DNA of 64,000 nt from NCBI GenBank assembly GCA_964106915.2, contig OZ066918.1. One strand, given 5' to 3'. Origin of the DNA: Podarcis gaigeae (Eukaryota). Numbering within the stretch: the first letter of the stretch is position 1; each line of letters begins with the position of its first letter. The notes below the pieces were generated by a model, which saw nothing but the letters and a program-made list of their open reading frames with translations, was not told where the DNA came from and did no database searches. Shown here in pieces: positions 26,625 to 38,815 of this stretch. The position numbers and the translations under genes are program-made.

Positions 26625-26764
26625 GAGCTTTCCCCAGCCTGGTGCCTTCCAGGTATTGTTGGACTACAACTCCCATCAGCCCCAGTCAGCATGGCCAGAA
26701 TTAAGGAATCATTGAAGTTGTAGTCCCAACAACATTTAGAGGGCACCAGGTTTGGGAAGGCTGG
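26625..26764. mobile_element. Palindromic hAT-type MITE copy
   Basis: Inverted arms ccagcctggtgccttccag...ggactacaactccc / aagttgtagtcc...agagggcaccaggtttggg. Confidence 0.7.
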
Positions 26765-27042
26765 TCAAGCAGAATTTCAGTGTTTCCTTTTATTTTTCCC
26801 CATCTCTCCAATGCTGTGTTTTCTTCCATTAATTGTGCTGTTTAATGTTATATCTACACAACTAATTTTTTGGAAGATGGCAGTTTCTAAGGGGAGAAGA
26901 CAGTGTGTGTTGGCAGCTGTAATGCTGCCTATGAAGTGGTCTTTTAACATACATGGTATATTGGATGACATCCGTCATGATATTTGGGAAAATCTACTTT
27001 GCTTTTCCATTCCAAATGTAGTGAATGTTTCTTTCCCCACAG

Positions 27043-27213
27043 ATTTTAGACCTCATCCTAGTACCTCAAGTGGCCTGGATCTAGCTGAACAAATAAGAAA
27101 GCTCGAAGTAGCAGTTTGCCAAAAAACGAGACTGGAAATTGGTGATACTGTCAGAGTCCGTGGTTGCATTCAGATCTTCAGACAGCAGCGAGAAATCAAG
27201 GCCTCCATGTACT
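27043..27213 (+). CDS. STN1: STN1 coding exon 4
   Basis: (D)FRPHPSTSSGLDLAEQIRKLEVAVCQKTRLEIGDTVRVRGCIQIFRQQREIKASMY; acceptor ttccccacag, donor GTGAGT; 171 nt. Confidence 0.95.
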
Positions 27214-27414
27214 GTGAGTAGTTACTCATTCAGCAGTATGCATTTTTATCCTGACCTTTAAAACTCCCATAATTGTAACCTGTGTCACTTACAGTTTATT
27301 TAAGCTGCGCCCAGGCTTTTTTCCTGTCGCATCAAGGCCACTTTGTGTCTCTGATTCATACGCCTTGTTGAGAGCTGCTGTGTATGACTCTGTGCAGCAT
27401 ATGGATGTTGTGTT

Positions 27415-27797
27415 TTATAAAGCTGGGCTTCTCAGCTTGCTAAAAGCCATCCTCCAAACCTAGTTCCAGACACTCAAATGCAGAAGTAGTTCGGCCTCTC
27501 CCTGTCCTTCTATAGAACAACAAACCTGCTAAATCCAGCTCCGAGGTCTTCTGTCAGTTCCCCTCACTGTGAGAAGTGAAGTTAAAGGGAACCAGGCAGA
27601 TTGCCTTCTCAGTAGTTGCCCCTGCCCTGTGGAACACCCTTCCGTCAGATGTCAAAGAGAGAAACAATCATATGGCTTTTCATAGACATCTGAAGGCAAG
27701 CAATGTTTAATGTTTTGTTGTGTTCCTTTATATTTTGTTGGAAGCTGCCCAGAGTTACTGGGGCAACCCAGACAGATGGGATGGATACAAGAAATAA

Positions 27798-27836
<39 letters not shown>
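27415..27836 (+). mobile_element. L2 LINE 3' fragment with (ATT)n tail
   Basis: ggaaccaggcagattgccttctcagtagttgcccctgccctgtggaac...gctgcccagag...aaataaa(tta)n. A related minus-strand piece lies at about 8174-8320. Confidence 0.7.
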
Positions 27837-27839
<3 letters not shown>

Positions 27840-27963
27840 ATCAGATAAAACAACCATTATCTTGGAAGGTGGGCTGTAAATAACAAATAAATAAATGAAA
27901 TGCAACTAGCGGCTCACGTTTGAATCTGTTTGCCTTTTTTGTGCCTTCCTTATTTCTTTTCAG

Positions 27964-28078
27964 ATAAAGTTGATGACCCTATGTGTGAAGTTCTGATTTC
28001 AAGGATGCTGGAACTCCCCAATCTATACAGAGATATTTATGATCAGCCATTCCAGTTGCAAGAAGAGGAGGCACAAAG
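27964..28078 (+). CDS. STN1: STN1 coding exon 5
   Basis: (Y)KVDDPMCEVLISRMLELPNLYRDIYDQPFQLQEEEAQ; acceptor ttttcag, donor AG|GTCAGT; 115 nt. Confidence 0.95.
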
Positions 28079-28806
28079 GTCAGTGAGAGCTCTAGTTAGG
28101 AGATGCTGGTGATTCAGGAGTGTAGGCTTTGCATCAAGAGTAGGATATAAAACAGAGTTACTGGTTTTCTATGAAAACTGAATTTGTATGGTGGGGCAAG
28201 TACAAAGGCAGGAACAAAAAGAAGACGGAAGGACGATACGTCTAGAATAGGTAGAGCCATAGAATGAGACAGCCAGATTCATGTATGGAAGAATCCCCCA
28301 CTTATGTGGGGATTCCGTTCTAAGCTGCCATGTGCGTCACTGGGATGCGCACAAGTAGGGCTTGCACCATTCCGTCCCTGCCCACTTTCAGCATTGTTGT
28401 CAGTGTGTGTGTTAGCAGGAGTGCCCGTACTAATCGCACACAAGTGGAGAGATTGCTGTAGTAACCCTAGTGTCACACCACAGCACAGGATAGATGCCAC
28501 ACAGTAAGATCTAGTGCAAACGCCACTCCAAACACTTGCACAGTGATCATGCACACATGTCATCCAAATCGTAAAGCTTTGTGTGGATCATAGAAGCCAG
28601 TTACATTTCTGATTTCTGTGAAATTTCTCCTAAACCAGCTCATAAGTCTGGGTTATTGTAGGCTTGATCTTATAGTGACAGTGTGTTCAGCACTGCTGAA
28701 GATTTAGTTGGGTGCCATTTAAACTAGTTAAGTATCTAGTTGTAGGAGGCCTTTTAATTTGGTTAATATTTTCGCTCTCCATTTTAAATTTATTTTCTGC
28801 TGATAG

Positions 28807-28969
28807 CCAAGGTGCAGAGTACATGTTGGGCTCCATCACTGAACTGAGCACAAAACTAAGAGACTTCCTATTGAAGAACAAGATCCAGAGTTTCTATCAG
28901 CAGGAGCTGGAAACTGTGGAGGCTTTAGTATCCCTGGTCAAGGAGGATGGACCAAGAACTGCTGAGCAA
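28807..28969 (+). CDS. STN1: STN1 coding exon 6
   Basis: (S)QGAEYMLGSITELSTKLRDFLLKNKIQSFYQQELETVEALVSLVKEDGPRTAEQ, with conserved QSFYQQELE; acceptor tgatag, donor GTGAGT; 163 nt. Confidence 0.92.
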
Positions 28970-31900
28970 GTGAGTAAAGGTGGCTTTGTAGGGAGCTGAC
29001 TGCATTTGCGGGGTAGCTTAGGTCAATCAAGAATATTTAATGATAATATTAAACTAAACACTGGACTGTGTAATAGCTGCTACTTTGAGAAAACAAAACC
29101 TCCTGCAGTTAATGGCATGGTAGCCTAATAGTATGTTAGTTTGTGTACTGTTTTTGATGGTAATAAAAGTAAGACAGATCAAAACGAAAAAGCTATAAAC
29201 CAAACTAAAGTTTGAGACTTGCCACTGCTTTTAACTTACTACTTTCATAACTGTGTAGGTAGCTATAATGGAGCTTGGGAGGTCTCTTGAAGATAATGGA
29301 TCAGTTGAGTGACAGGACTGGATGGTTCTGAACTTAATCAAGGGTAAGATAAATGAGGCCCAACATATTAAAAAGGTTGGCCCTTCTGTAGAAAATTATA
29401 AAGAGTATGCTGACATCTGCTATGTATTACACTTTCTACTTGTTAGACATTTCAGCCTGTTCAGAGCAAACTGGGTCTGGAGTTTTTTTTTAGGAGATTC
29501 CAAGTCCCAAACTCTAATTGGAATCAGAGTTATACATAAAGCAAGTGCTTGTTTGAGATTTGGACAGTTTTTCAATAGCAAAACATTTCTGTCTGTCTCT
29601 GTGCTTCTGGTTAAATAGGAATTTGTTTATAAAAGATTCTTAGCATGCAGAGAATAGGGTAATGAGCCAGATGCCCACCTGGTGCAAATTTGCACAACTT
29701 CAGTGCTTATAAAGTTATGTATAGCTACATTAGCTGAGAATTTGAGCTGAATATATATATAATTTTAAAATCCTTTCTTTAGCATTACAATTAAAACTGA
29801 ATGTCAGTATGAAAATCTGTCTCTCTTTAACTTCAGCCTTTGCCTCCCCCCCCCCACTTTCAGTACAATGGAAATTGAGGTGATTTCCCCCCCTAGCTTC
29901 CCTTTTGTGTTTAGCTATGTATTTAGTTAAGGATGTGCTTTAAATTCCCAGCACTATAGGAGGATATTTTAATCCTTCCAAAACTGTACAGTAACAACAA
30001 ACCTACCTCCCATTCATAGTGGGTTCTGTGGCCTCCTTCCTGGTGGTTGCTTCCTGGCAACCACCTGTTTTCATAAAAGTAACGCTTGTCATTGAATTTT
30101 AATAAAGCAATAGGCCTGGGTTTGAACAAGAACCCTGCTGTTCTGTGGCAAAGGAATATAATACAAAAAGTGCCAAACAGCAGAGAAAGAATTGGCTTCT
30201 CAAGCCAGCTGCCATAATAAGCAATTCTGGTAAAAGCTGAAGGCTATTCCAAATTATTCTGCTCAGTAGGCTCTGGGTTACTATGGTCACACAAGGCAAT
30301 TCCATTGCTTCAGCTGCATCCAGTCCCCTTCGACTTCCCCCAACTCAGTATATGAAGTAATCATAACAGAGTTAGTAATAATCTATGTCTCCACCCTCCA
30401 AATCCATACCGATTTGTGAACATTTACCTTCATTTTATGTTTGTCTTCAACATAGTGGTTGTGTACTTCTTATCTACAGGACAGAACTTCAGTGTATTCA
30501 TAAATATTTATCTGCACCCCCTGGGATGCTGCAGGCTTGGATGCTTGGAAAAATAGCTCCAGCTTGAAGACGTTTTCAGTTCTGTCATTTCCTGAAGTGT
30601 ATGTCTTTTTTAGTTCTGTCATTTCCTGAATAGAAGTGCATAACCACTTTCTTACCATATTCTATGTGCAATTTCCTGAGATGAGCAGCAGTGGCATTCT
30701 GCAGAGTTTTGTTATGTATTTCCATTCTACTCGGTATCAAATTGCTAGCTGCAGCATATCTTCTGACTTTATCATCTGTAATTTTGACCTTTTCAAATCT
30801 GTAATTTTGACCTTTCACTTTATGTATTCCCTATTATGTTTGTAATTTCAAAGACTGCATGGACACACACTTAGCATGAAGTCTTTTCATGTTTTTGCCC
30901 GTTATCCTGTGCTCAGATATTTCTACAGTCATTACATTTTTTATTACTATTTTTCTTTTGTCAATGGGACCCTGAATTACCCCAAGCCTTAAGTTGGGGA
31001 CCGTCTCAAACAAAATACATTTTAACCTGTGTTCCAGTATATATGCACTTATCTTGATTTTTTAAAAAAATTAACTACAGAGTACTGTACATGCTTCTAA
31101 GTAAACAAGCATAGAATCACACTATTAGATTTCCCCCTCTACGTTTGTCAAGAGGCATAAAGTGGTACAACACATTGCTAGTGAATAGAATAAGGCTACA
31201 GAGGAAGGACCAAATGAAAACTTTAAATTCTGATAATCATTAGGTCAGGTAATAGTCTACATAGTTTCTTCTTTGAGTTTCTGGAATTGGTCTGTTTCTG
31301 TCCTCTAAAAACTTTATTCATGTAGAGGCAGAACTTCTGTCTTTGCCTTGATCTCTTTCATCCTCTGAACTGCATTTGTTGCTGATTGTCTACCTCTTTC
31401 AGCCTCTTTGTTACTCCTTAGATAAGCTTCATGTACCTGAAATAGACTAAGCTGGACTCCTGTTGAGTTTCAAATCCAGCAGACTGGAGTCACACTAATA
31501 CAGCAGATTTATCCCTATTTTTTGCATGTCTACTTTCTTTATATAGTATCAGCTGGGAGACAGCATGCACTCTTGCATGCTAGCACTAACTCACATTAAA
31601 GCAGATTTATGGGGGGTGGGGGCAAGAAGAAATGCTTCACAACTCCTGGCACTTTCCAGTATGTCCCAGCAGTACCCAGCTTCAAAGCTAAGCAAACTTA
31701 ACCAACTAATTATTTGCTGCACAATTTCTCAGATTTTCAACACATATATCAAAATGATTTGACCAAAATATTTTGTAAGTAATGTGTTGCACTTGTAAAG
31801 CCTATTGTGTGACCCATTGCACAGGCAAGGAGGGTATTTGTTTTGTGTTTTGTTAACATGGCTTTCTCTCTGGTTAATACACATTTGGAATTCTGTAACT

Positions 31901-33943
31901 ATTTTTAATTAGCCACCTTTTAAGAAATGAATTAAAAATTCAGAGGTCAGAGGAGGTTTTCGTTTGTTGTTGTTTTTTGTTTTTTTAAAAGGAAAAACCA
32001 TTGAATAAGCCCGAGTCATTTTATTGTCAAGAAAAGATGAATGAAGTGAAGGTTTGGCTTAACTGCAATCTTAAATGCAATCTTCAAATGTTTAGAAAAG
32101 CAATTATTCTGTACTGCCACAGATGAGGAAGTGAGCTTTAAATCACAGGAAAGCAGGCTATAGAATAGAATAGAGAAACTTCCTTGCTAAGCAAGCAGAT
32201 GGGCATTGTATTGAGTTGCTTGGAGAAGCTGCAGAATCCTGTTCATAGAAAGAATTAGAAGTGCTTGTCAACAAACAGGGGAATAAACTGGTATTTCTCT
32301 TACAGGCTGATTGCTCAGGAGTTTCCATGCTCATCAACATTAATTTTGAAGATTAGCAATGCACATCTGAGCTTTCAACTCTGCATTCTGGCACTTAGTT
32401 GCACCAGAGGGGAATAGATGTAGTGTCATAAAGCAAATTGCACTGAAGATAAATGGGTCCCCAAAGATCCTGGACCATTCTAGTGAAGGGAAAGAGCAGT
32501 GATAAAGGTAGTAGAGCTTTGGAGAATCTGAGGAGGAGTGACTGTTGGTAATAAAGTTTATGTAACACATGCATCAGGTTTTCCCTCATGATGGAACCCC
32601 GTGGCACTTAATGTGTGCATTACTTTTATTGGCCTTATGAACATTTATGGTTAAGAATTTCAATGATCCCTGATCAAAAGCCACAGCCCACAAACGATGT
32701 GAAGAGCAAAAGATAGGATTTGTGAACAATCTGTGCTGAAAAGAATTTAGAGCAGCAGCAGATGCTTCTGTACAAGGTAGGAAATGGCAAAGGTTCACAA
32801 GCCATCCCTGTGCCTCTAAAGCAAAATGCAGTATTAGAGGAAACAAGTTGGACTCCTGCACCTAGGGAGGGGGAGGAGGTATGTTGCAAAATTTGGTCTT
32901 CCCAGCAAGTAAACTCATCATGCACTATAGTTTGGTCCAAAGTATCTTCCTGGATTTTATGCAGAGTACAATAGAGTTTCACTTTAAAGATGAAAAAAAA
33001 TGAAACAGAAAACACCTCTATGGCCATAGATAGGCTTCCTTTGTTTTACAATTTCTTTTGTATATGACCTATCTGAATTTCCTACACCCATCCTTGCTGC
33101 AGGTTTACTTCCTGATGCTTTTCCCCTGATCAGATCTCTTTGTAGATCACCGCATATAACAAAGAGGGATGGAAGGGATATAGACTATTCTGAGATCTTT
33201 AGTTAATTGTAAGTAAACATAAAGGAGGACAGACTCCCTTTATATAAGATATATTTGGAGTCCAGAGGCACACCCTCCCCATATCTGAAGCAGGATACTC
33301 CAAACTCAACATATTGGTAGACTTAACAAAATAGGAAAACTTAATCTATGGTCATCCAAATCATAGTGCTTTGGGCTGAGGTGCAAGCAAGCACAGGAGT
33401 GCCAGTGCTGCCTGTAAGGCAAGGAGTAAGGTTAATAAAACATAGGTTTTCTTCGGTAGCTCATTGCTTGTACTTTTCAAGCTGACATCCATTTCTTCTG
33501 CTTTTTCTGTCAGTTTTAAGAAGTTTGCCATTAGCAATTCTCTTTCAGGAGCTATCCAAGCTGAGCCTTCTGTCAGCTCACACAGAGTGTGTTCTTAATT
33601 AGGCCTTATCTCCAGACAGGATTGATGCTCTAGACCAAAACAAGTAATTATCAGACTCTGCTCCTTCCACTTGCAGATCCTTTAGTTCATTTCCCTTTCC
33701 TTATTAAAAATGGATCGGTGTGTCATGAGGTAATTACTTTGGCAGCAGTTCTTTTCAGTAGCTGAGAGTAAGGTTTGTTTCAGCCATTTTAATCTCAACA
33801 GTTTTCTGCTGCAGTTTGAAGGAAAGGACTTCTCTTTTATTCCTTGTGCAGAACCAAATAACCTAAAAGTGCATTTGACTTCCATGCTTCTCCTTCCCCC
33901 TTTATCCAAATATGCCTCTCTTTTTTGTCTTTTTCCTGTTCAG

Positions 33944-34066
33944 ACAGATTTCAAAGCTGGTCCCTGCTCCAAACTGATTAGAGACTCCTTCACGGAAGCA
34001 ATAAAGATGTTGCAAAAAAAGGGAGTTCTTTTCCAGAAATCAAAAAATCCCACGGATATGTATTTT
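33944..34066 (+). CDS. STN1: STN1 coding exon 7
   Basis: TDFKAGPCSKLIRDSFTEAIKMLQKKGVLFQKSKNPTDMYF; long pyrimidine tract plus cag, donor GTAAGT; 123 nt. Confidence 0.93.
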
Positions 34067-35031
34067 GTAAGTATCTCTTTATATGAATGGTGGTCTGTAG
34101 ATAAAGCATGTCCTGTCACATTTATATAAGCTTAATATGTGAAGCATGCCCCTAGCATGCTAACTCTACATACAAATGGGCTGGTCTGTTATGGCAAATG
34201 GGGCACTGCCCCACCAAACTCAGCGTCCCCTCAGCCAGACCCATCTGTCAGCCTTCTTACTTTGACATCCAGTCTGAGGATGCTGTTGGCTGTCACCTTT
34301 CTGACTTTTTTAGTCTCAGAGTTGTCTTTATAGAACTCAGCACGGAAAAGGATGAGGACAAATCTATAATTGATTGGATCTGCCTGTCATTGGCTCTAGA
34401 TCTGCTCACTGTTGACCTTCCTGTATATTACCTTACCAGTTCCAATGGGCATCAGCCACCACTTCAAATGGGCCAGTGATAGGTATTTTACGATGGTCAG
34501 ATGCAGGCGGAATGCTTCTTTACATAAGAATATAAGAGCCCTGCTGGATCAGGCCAAAGGTCCATCTAGTCCAGCATCCTGTTTTCATATTGGCCAACCA
34601 GATGCTTATGGGAAGCGCATAATCAGGACCTGAGTGCAGTAGTGCTTTTCCCATGTGTTTTCTGGAAGCTGAGATTAAATCCAGACACAGGGTGGAATTC
34701 AATGTTGTGCTCTTTCAATCATTCCACATACACAAACATTCTAGCTGAACAGAACAATACCCCCTCCCACTGTGTGCTGTTCTGTGGGTTTTCCTGACAC
34801 CCCCCCCAAGCCAGTTTCAGGGGAAGCCCTCTTGTATAAGTGGAAGTTCTTGCACAGGGCTTCCACTGACAGGGCTGGTTAGGTGACTCCCACTCACAGA
34901 CTATCCAATAGCCCTGAAATGTTTCTTTCTGTTATGAAAATGCAGTGGTCTCTAATTGTAGGCCAGGCTCTCATCTTTGATACATAAATGTACATTGCTT
35001 TGATTTTAAGAATCACTGCTGCATCCTCTAG

Positions 35032-35104
35032 GTGACTGAGCAAGATAAGGAATTGCACAAAGTGACCCTTGAAGTCCTCAGAGCTGATTGTAAGAGGCCA
35101 AAAT
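35032..35104 (+). CDS. STN1: STN1 coding exon 8
   Basis: VTEQDKELHKVTLEVLRADCKRPK; acceptor cctctag, donor GTAAGT; 73 nt. Confidence 0.93.
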
Positions 35105-35889
35105 GTAAGTATGAACAGTTAGATAACCACAAACCTGTACAAGTAAGGAATAATTGTATTTGAGTAAGAAAATTTAATAACAATAAATTATTATTATTAC
35201 TACCACAGTTTGGGCACTTTGGGGCCCAAAGGCTAGCAGCATGCCAGTACAATACAATCAATCAAACAGAAGAAAATCACAACATAGGACAAGGAGAAAA
35301 CCTTCCCACACTAGAGAATTCAAGTGTGCTCTCAAAAACCCTGTATTCCCTTATGGGAAGAAACCTGAACAAAGAAATACTAAAGGAGATTAATCCACCT
35401 AGAATAATTAAGGGTCTCTCATCACCACCACCATCCCATTCTAACTATTCTGAAACATACCCAGTTAGATATGTATTTGCAAAATAACTACCACAGGAAA
35501 GTGGAACTGACTACTGTTGGTTCCAGCACAGAATGGATAACTTGTAATGTTCTAATCCCCCTTCCTGGTTTCTGTAATGAAATAAGATTCATGCTTTTGG
35601 TTCATGCCAGTTCTCATTCAGCATAGTGAACCTTTTGGAAACAATCTGCCAGTTTTGTGGAAATACCTTCAGGTATCGCACCTGCAGAAAGAAATATGGC
35701 ATTGGCGATGGTGGTGGTGTGTTTCTGAGCCAGCACCTGGGCAAGTTATCTCAAAGCTTTTATCCAAAGTCTGCCACCTGCCCATGGCGGCAGCTTCACT
35801 CTTGCTACTGAAATCCAGTCTCCCATCTATATGAATAATAGAACAATTGCCCACCCATTTACCAATTCACTTCTGCTTTACATCTGTAG

Positions 35890-36047
35890 ATGCTGAAAAG
35901 GGCTGCCATCTCAATTACATCCTCAATTGTATTCAGCAGCGCTACAGCCCTTTTGTTTCCAAAGATGTGATCCATTGTCTACTGGACTGGATGGAGACCA
36001 ACAGTGACGTGGTCACTACCATGGAAGGATACTATACTGTCTTTTAA
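35890..36047 (+). CDS. STN1: STN1 last coding exon
   Basis: (Y)AEKGCHLNYILNCIQQRYSPFVSKDVIHCLLDWMETNSDVVTTMEGYYTVF-stop, matching the STN1 C-terminal winged helix end (EKGCH...TME.YYT.F). Spliced CDS is 1104 nt with no internal stop. Confidence 0.95.
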
Positions 36048-36320
36048 GACGAGATACTGTGGACTTCTAGAGCCAAACTGTATACAGTGGGCATGAGTCG
36101 TAAGAATACTTCAATGCCAAAAACTTGGCTGGAATTCTTAGAAGATGCTGTATCATAAAATTCCTATTCATTTAGTTTCTCTCATGTTTCAGAAGTGCTC
36201 AGTCTGCCTCTGGTATTCCAGGTACTAAACACAGGGACCTCTTTAAACAGTTATGTTGTGAATGCCCTCTTGTGGCTGGATGGAAGACAAAACAAACTTT
36301 GCATTCACACCTTATAGTCT

Positions 36321-37066
36321 AATAAACAGGAGCTGCCTAAAAAGGTGAGCAGTCTGAATTGAAGGAAATACTTGAGAAACAGGCATCAGAATAAATTAAC
36401 CGTACCCTTCTCTCCAATAATACCCTTCCACACTCCTAGTCTGATATATATAATTTGTGGTACATTGATTTAGGTCATCTCTTGAGATACAACAAGTGAT
36501 GTGGATTCTGAATCCTTGTTTTAATCAGATTTGTTACTACTCCCAGTTTACTTTTAACCTGGATTCCATGATTATCTCAATAATTACTAAAGGCTATTCA
36601 GGGTGGTATCTGCAGGATGCCCTCCTGCAGAACACAGCAGTTGGTTGCATAAGTCGTGGACGAGGTGATCTTTTAACAATCTGACAGTGCACTGGCATTA
36701 AAAATCAAAGCAGTTTTTCCTTCCATAATATTGAAATGTGCACATGCATCCATGCCTCTTGCAAACTGAGTCAGGTATTAAATATTACTCATTAGTAGAT
36801 GAATGGAGTGACAATCTTGTTTCCTCAAGACTGAAGGAGGGAAGATTCCAGAGGCACTTCTACTTCCATTTGAGCACTATTTCTGGAACTGTCACAGAGA
36901 AGAATTATACCTGACTGCAGTGAGTTACAGAAATTATATATACGTATATTATATCTTGGCTATGCATGTTGTAACTTTGTTTTATATTATTCTAAATCGC
37001 CATAAAACTACTCAACAGTAAAGTATTCCTTGGCCCCAGTAAGACTACATTCATTTTTAAAATAAA
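36321..37066 (+). terminator. Candidate STN1 polyadenylation signals
   Basis: AATAAA at 36321, 36390 and 37061. The distal one follows a TGTA/U-rich stretch. Which is used cannot be determined from sequence. Confidence 0.45.
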
Positions 37067-38509
37067 GATACTTTGTTGAAAACAGACCCTAGGCCCTGTC
37101 TTTCTTCCTTCCTTATTCCATAATGCTGTTGGAATGTCTCTTGATCTACAAATGCCCTTGTTTAGCGCATGCATCCTTTTGGCAGGCGTCCCGCAGATAA
37201 GAGCCCTTTTCCAAGTGGTACTGTCTGGCAAGAGTCTCTCATTTGCTCTGGTGTGCTGTGGTTTTGGCATAAGAAGTCTTTGTGTGTCACTCCAGCTACC
37301 ACATAGACTGCTTTATAAATGCATAACTGTCACGTCCACAAATGTGAAGCAAATTCAGATCTGCTGCCAGATACATCACCAAGGAGGGGGGGAAAGGGGG
37401 GGGCTTTTGTATAAAATTTGAATTTGGTAACTTAGATGTATAGGTGAAAGTCTATAAATAATTACTGTATTTAAACAGAAATATTGCAATTTGCCTAAAA
37501 TTTAGAAATAATTACTATATTAGGGAAAAAGAACAGCTGACTTGTATGCCTGCTGACCATGTGCTGCTAACTGTGAATTGGCAACTTCAAGGCAACTTGT
37601 AAATGAAGGAGGGGGAGGCACAAAATCAGATGAGGGTGGAAAGAATCCCAGCTTAAAACAAGATCTTGTTTCTTCCTTCCAGCTCCCAAACCCCAGGACT
37701 GTTGTACCCAAACCCCAGGGTGTCAACCCCCTGGACTCTAATTGGGTGCCAAATCGCCAGGGTGAAAGCCATCCTTGCATGGTAGAACTGCCACCATACC
37801 CCTGTTGGTCCCCCAACCTGGGCCAGGGGAAACTTAAGCTGTTTCTGGACTTCTTTGGAATTCACAAAGACAGGAGTCAACCTACTTTTCTGCCTTTTGA
37901 ACCCCAAGACTACAAATTACTTAGCAGGGGATTTTTTTTGCTGTAAAATTTTTAAAATCTGCCCTATCCTCTTACCCACATTATCTTGATGCCAGGAGAA
38001 ATGTCTTTTTACATTTTAGTTAGCAATGGTTATGTTTTCTTGATGCCCTATATTTTAAAGTGTCCTTCCAGGGGAACAAATGGGAGTCTTGTGGAATGAA
38101 ATAGATGTATTATCTCATGGCTCCACTAACATAATATCCATAGAGTAGACCTCAAATCTCCTAGCTCAGAACTTCCAAGTTCTGATTTGTTCGTCTTGTA
38201 CTATTGTCTCAGGAAGCATGGCAGAACGGGACCTGCTAGTTTGTGTCTAGCCACAGTGTGGTGCTGTTGAAGCAAACTTGAGCATGAGCTGGAACTTGCA
38301 ACTGTGTCCCTCAAATACTGTACACACATTTATTGAATGGATTAACAAGCTATTAACATTGAATTTGGCCCATGATAATAATAATAATTTTTACAAAAAA
38401 CAACCCAGAGGGGGCACTGCTTGGAGAAGTTATCAAGAAACCAAGCTATGAAATTCAAGGAGGACTAGAAAGAACTAGTAAAGTCACTGTTACTAAAGCA
38501 TATTCAAAC

Positions 38510-38815
38510 AAACATAAGAAGAGCCTGCTGGATCAGGCCAATGGCACATCTAATCCAGCATCCTATTCTCACAGTGGCCAACTAGATGCCCGTGGGAAAC
38601 CCACAAGCAGCACCCAAGCACAAGAGCACGCTCCTCTCCTGCAGTTTCCAGCAACTTTTATTCAGAAGCATTACTGCCTCCCACTGTGGAGGCAGAGCAT
38701 AGCCATCACAGCTAGTAACCATTCATAGCTTTATCCTCCATGAATTTGTCCAAAATCTGAAGGCACCCAAGTTAGTGGCCATTACTGCCTCCTGTGGGAG
38801 TGTGTTTAAATATGT
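38510..38815 (-). mobile_element. CR1 3'-end fragment
   Basis: acataagaagagcctgctggatcaggccaatggc...ccagcatcc. Related pieces at about 10070-10300, 34520-34670, 49200-49640 (minus) and 56470-56815 (plus). Confidence 0.7.

Noticed and set aside
33941-33947. Tandem acceptor CAGACAG at STN1 coding exon 7
   Set aside because: Only the first AG keeps the frame, and nothing in the sequence indicates use of the second.
37689-37914. Possible solo LTR (TGTTGT...ACTACA) or 12-bp direct-repeat-flanked insert
   Set aside because: No clean short TSD for an LTR and no recognisable family; evidence too weak.
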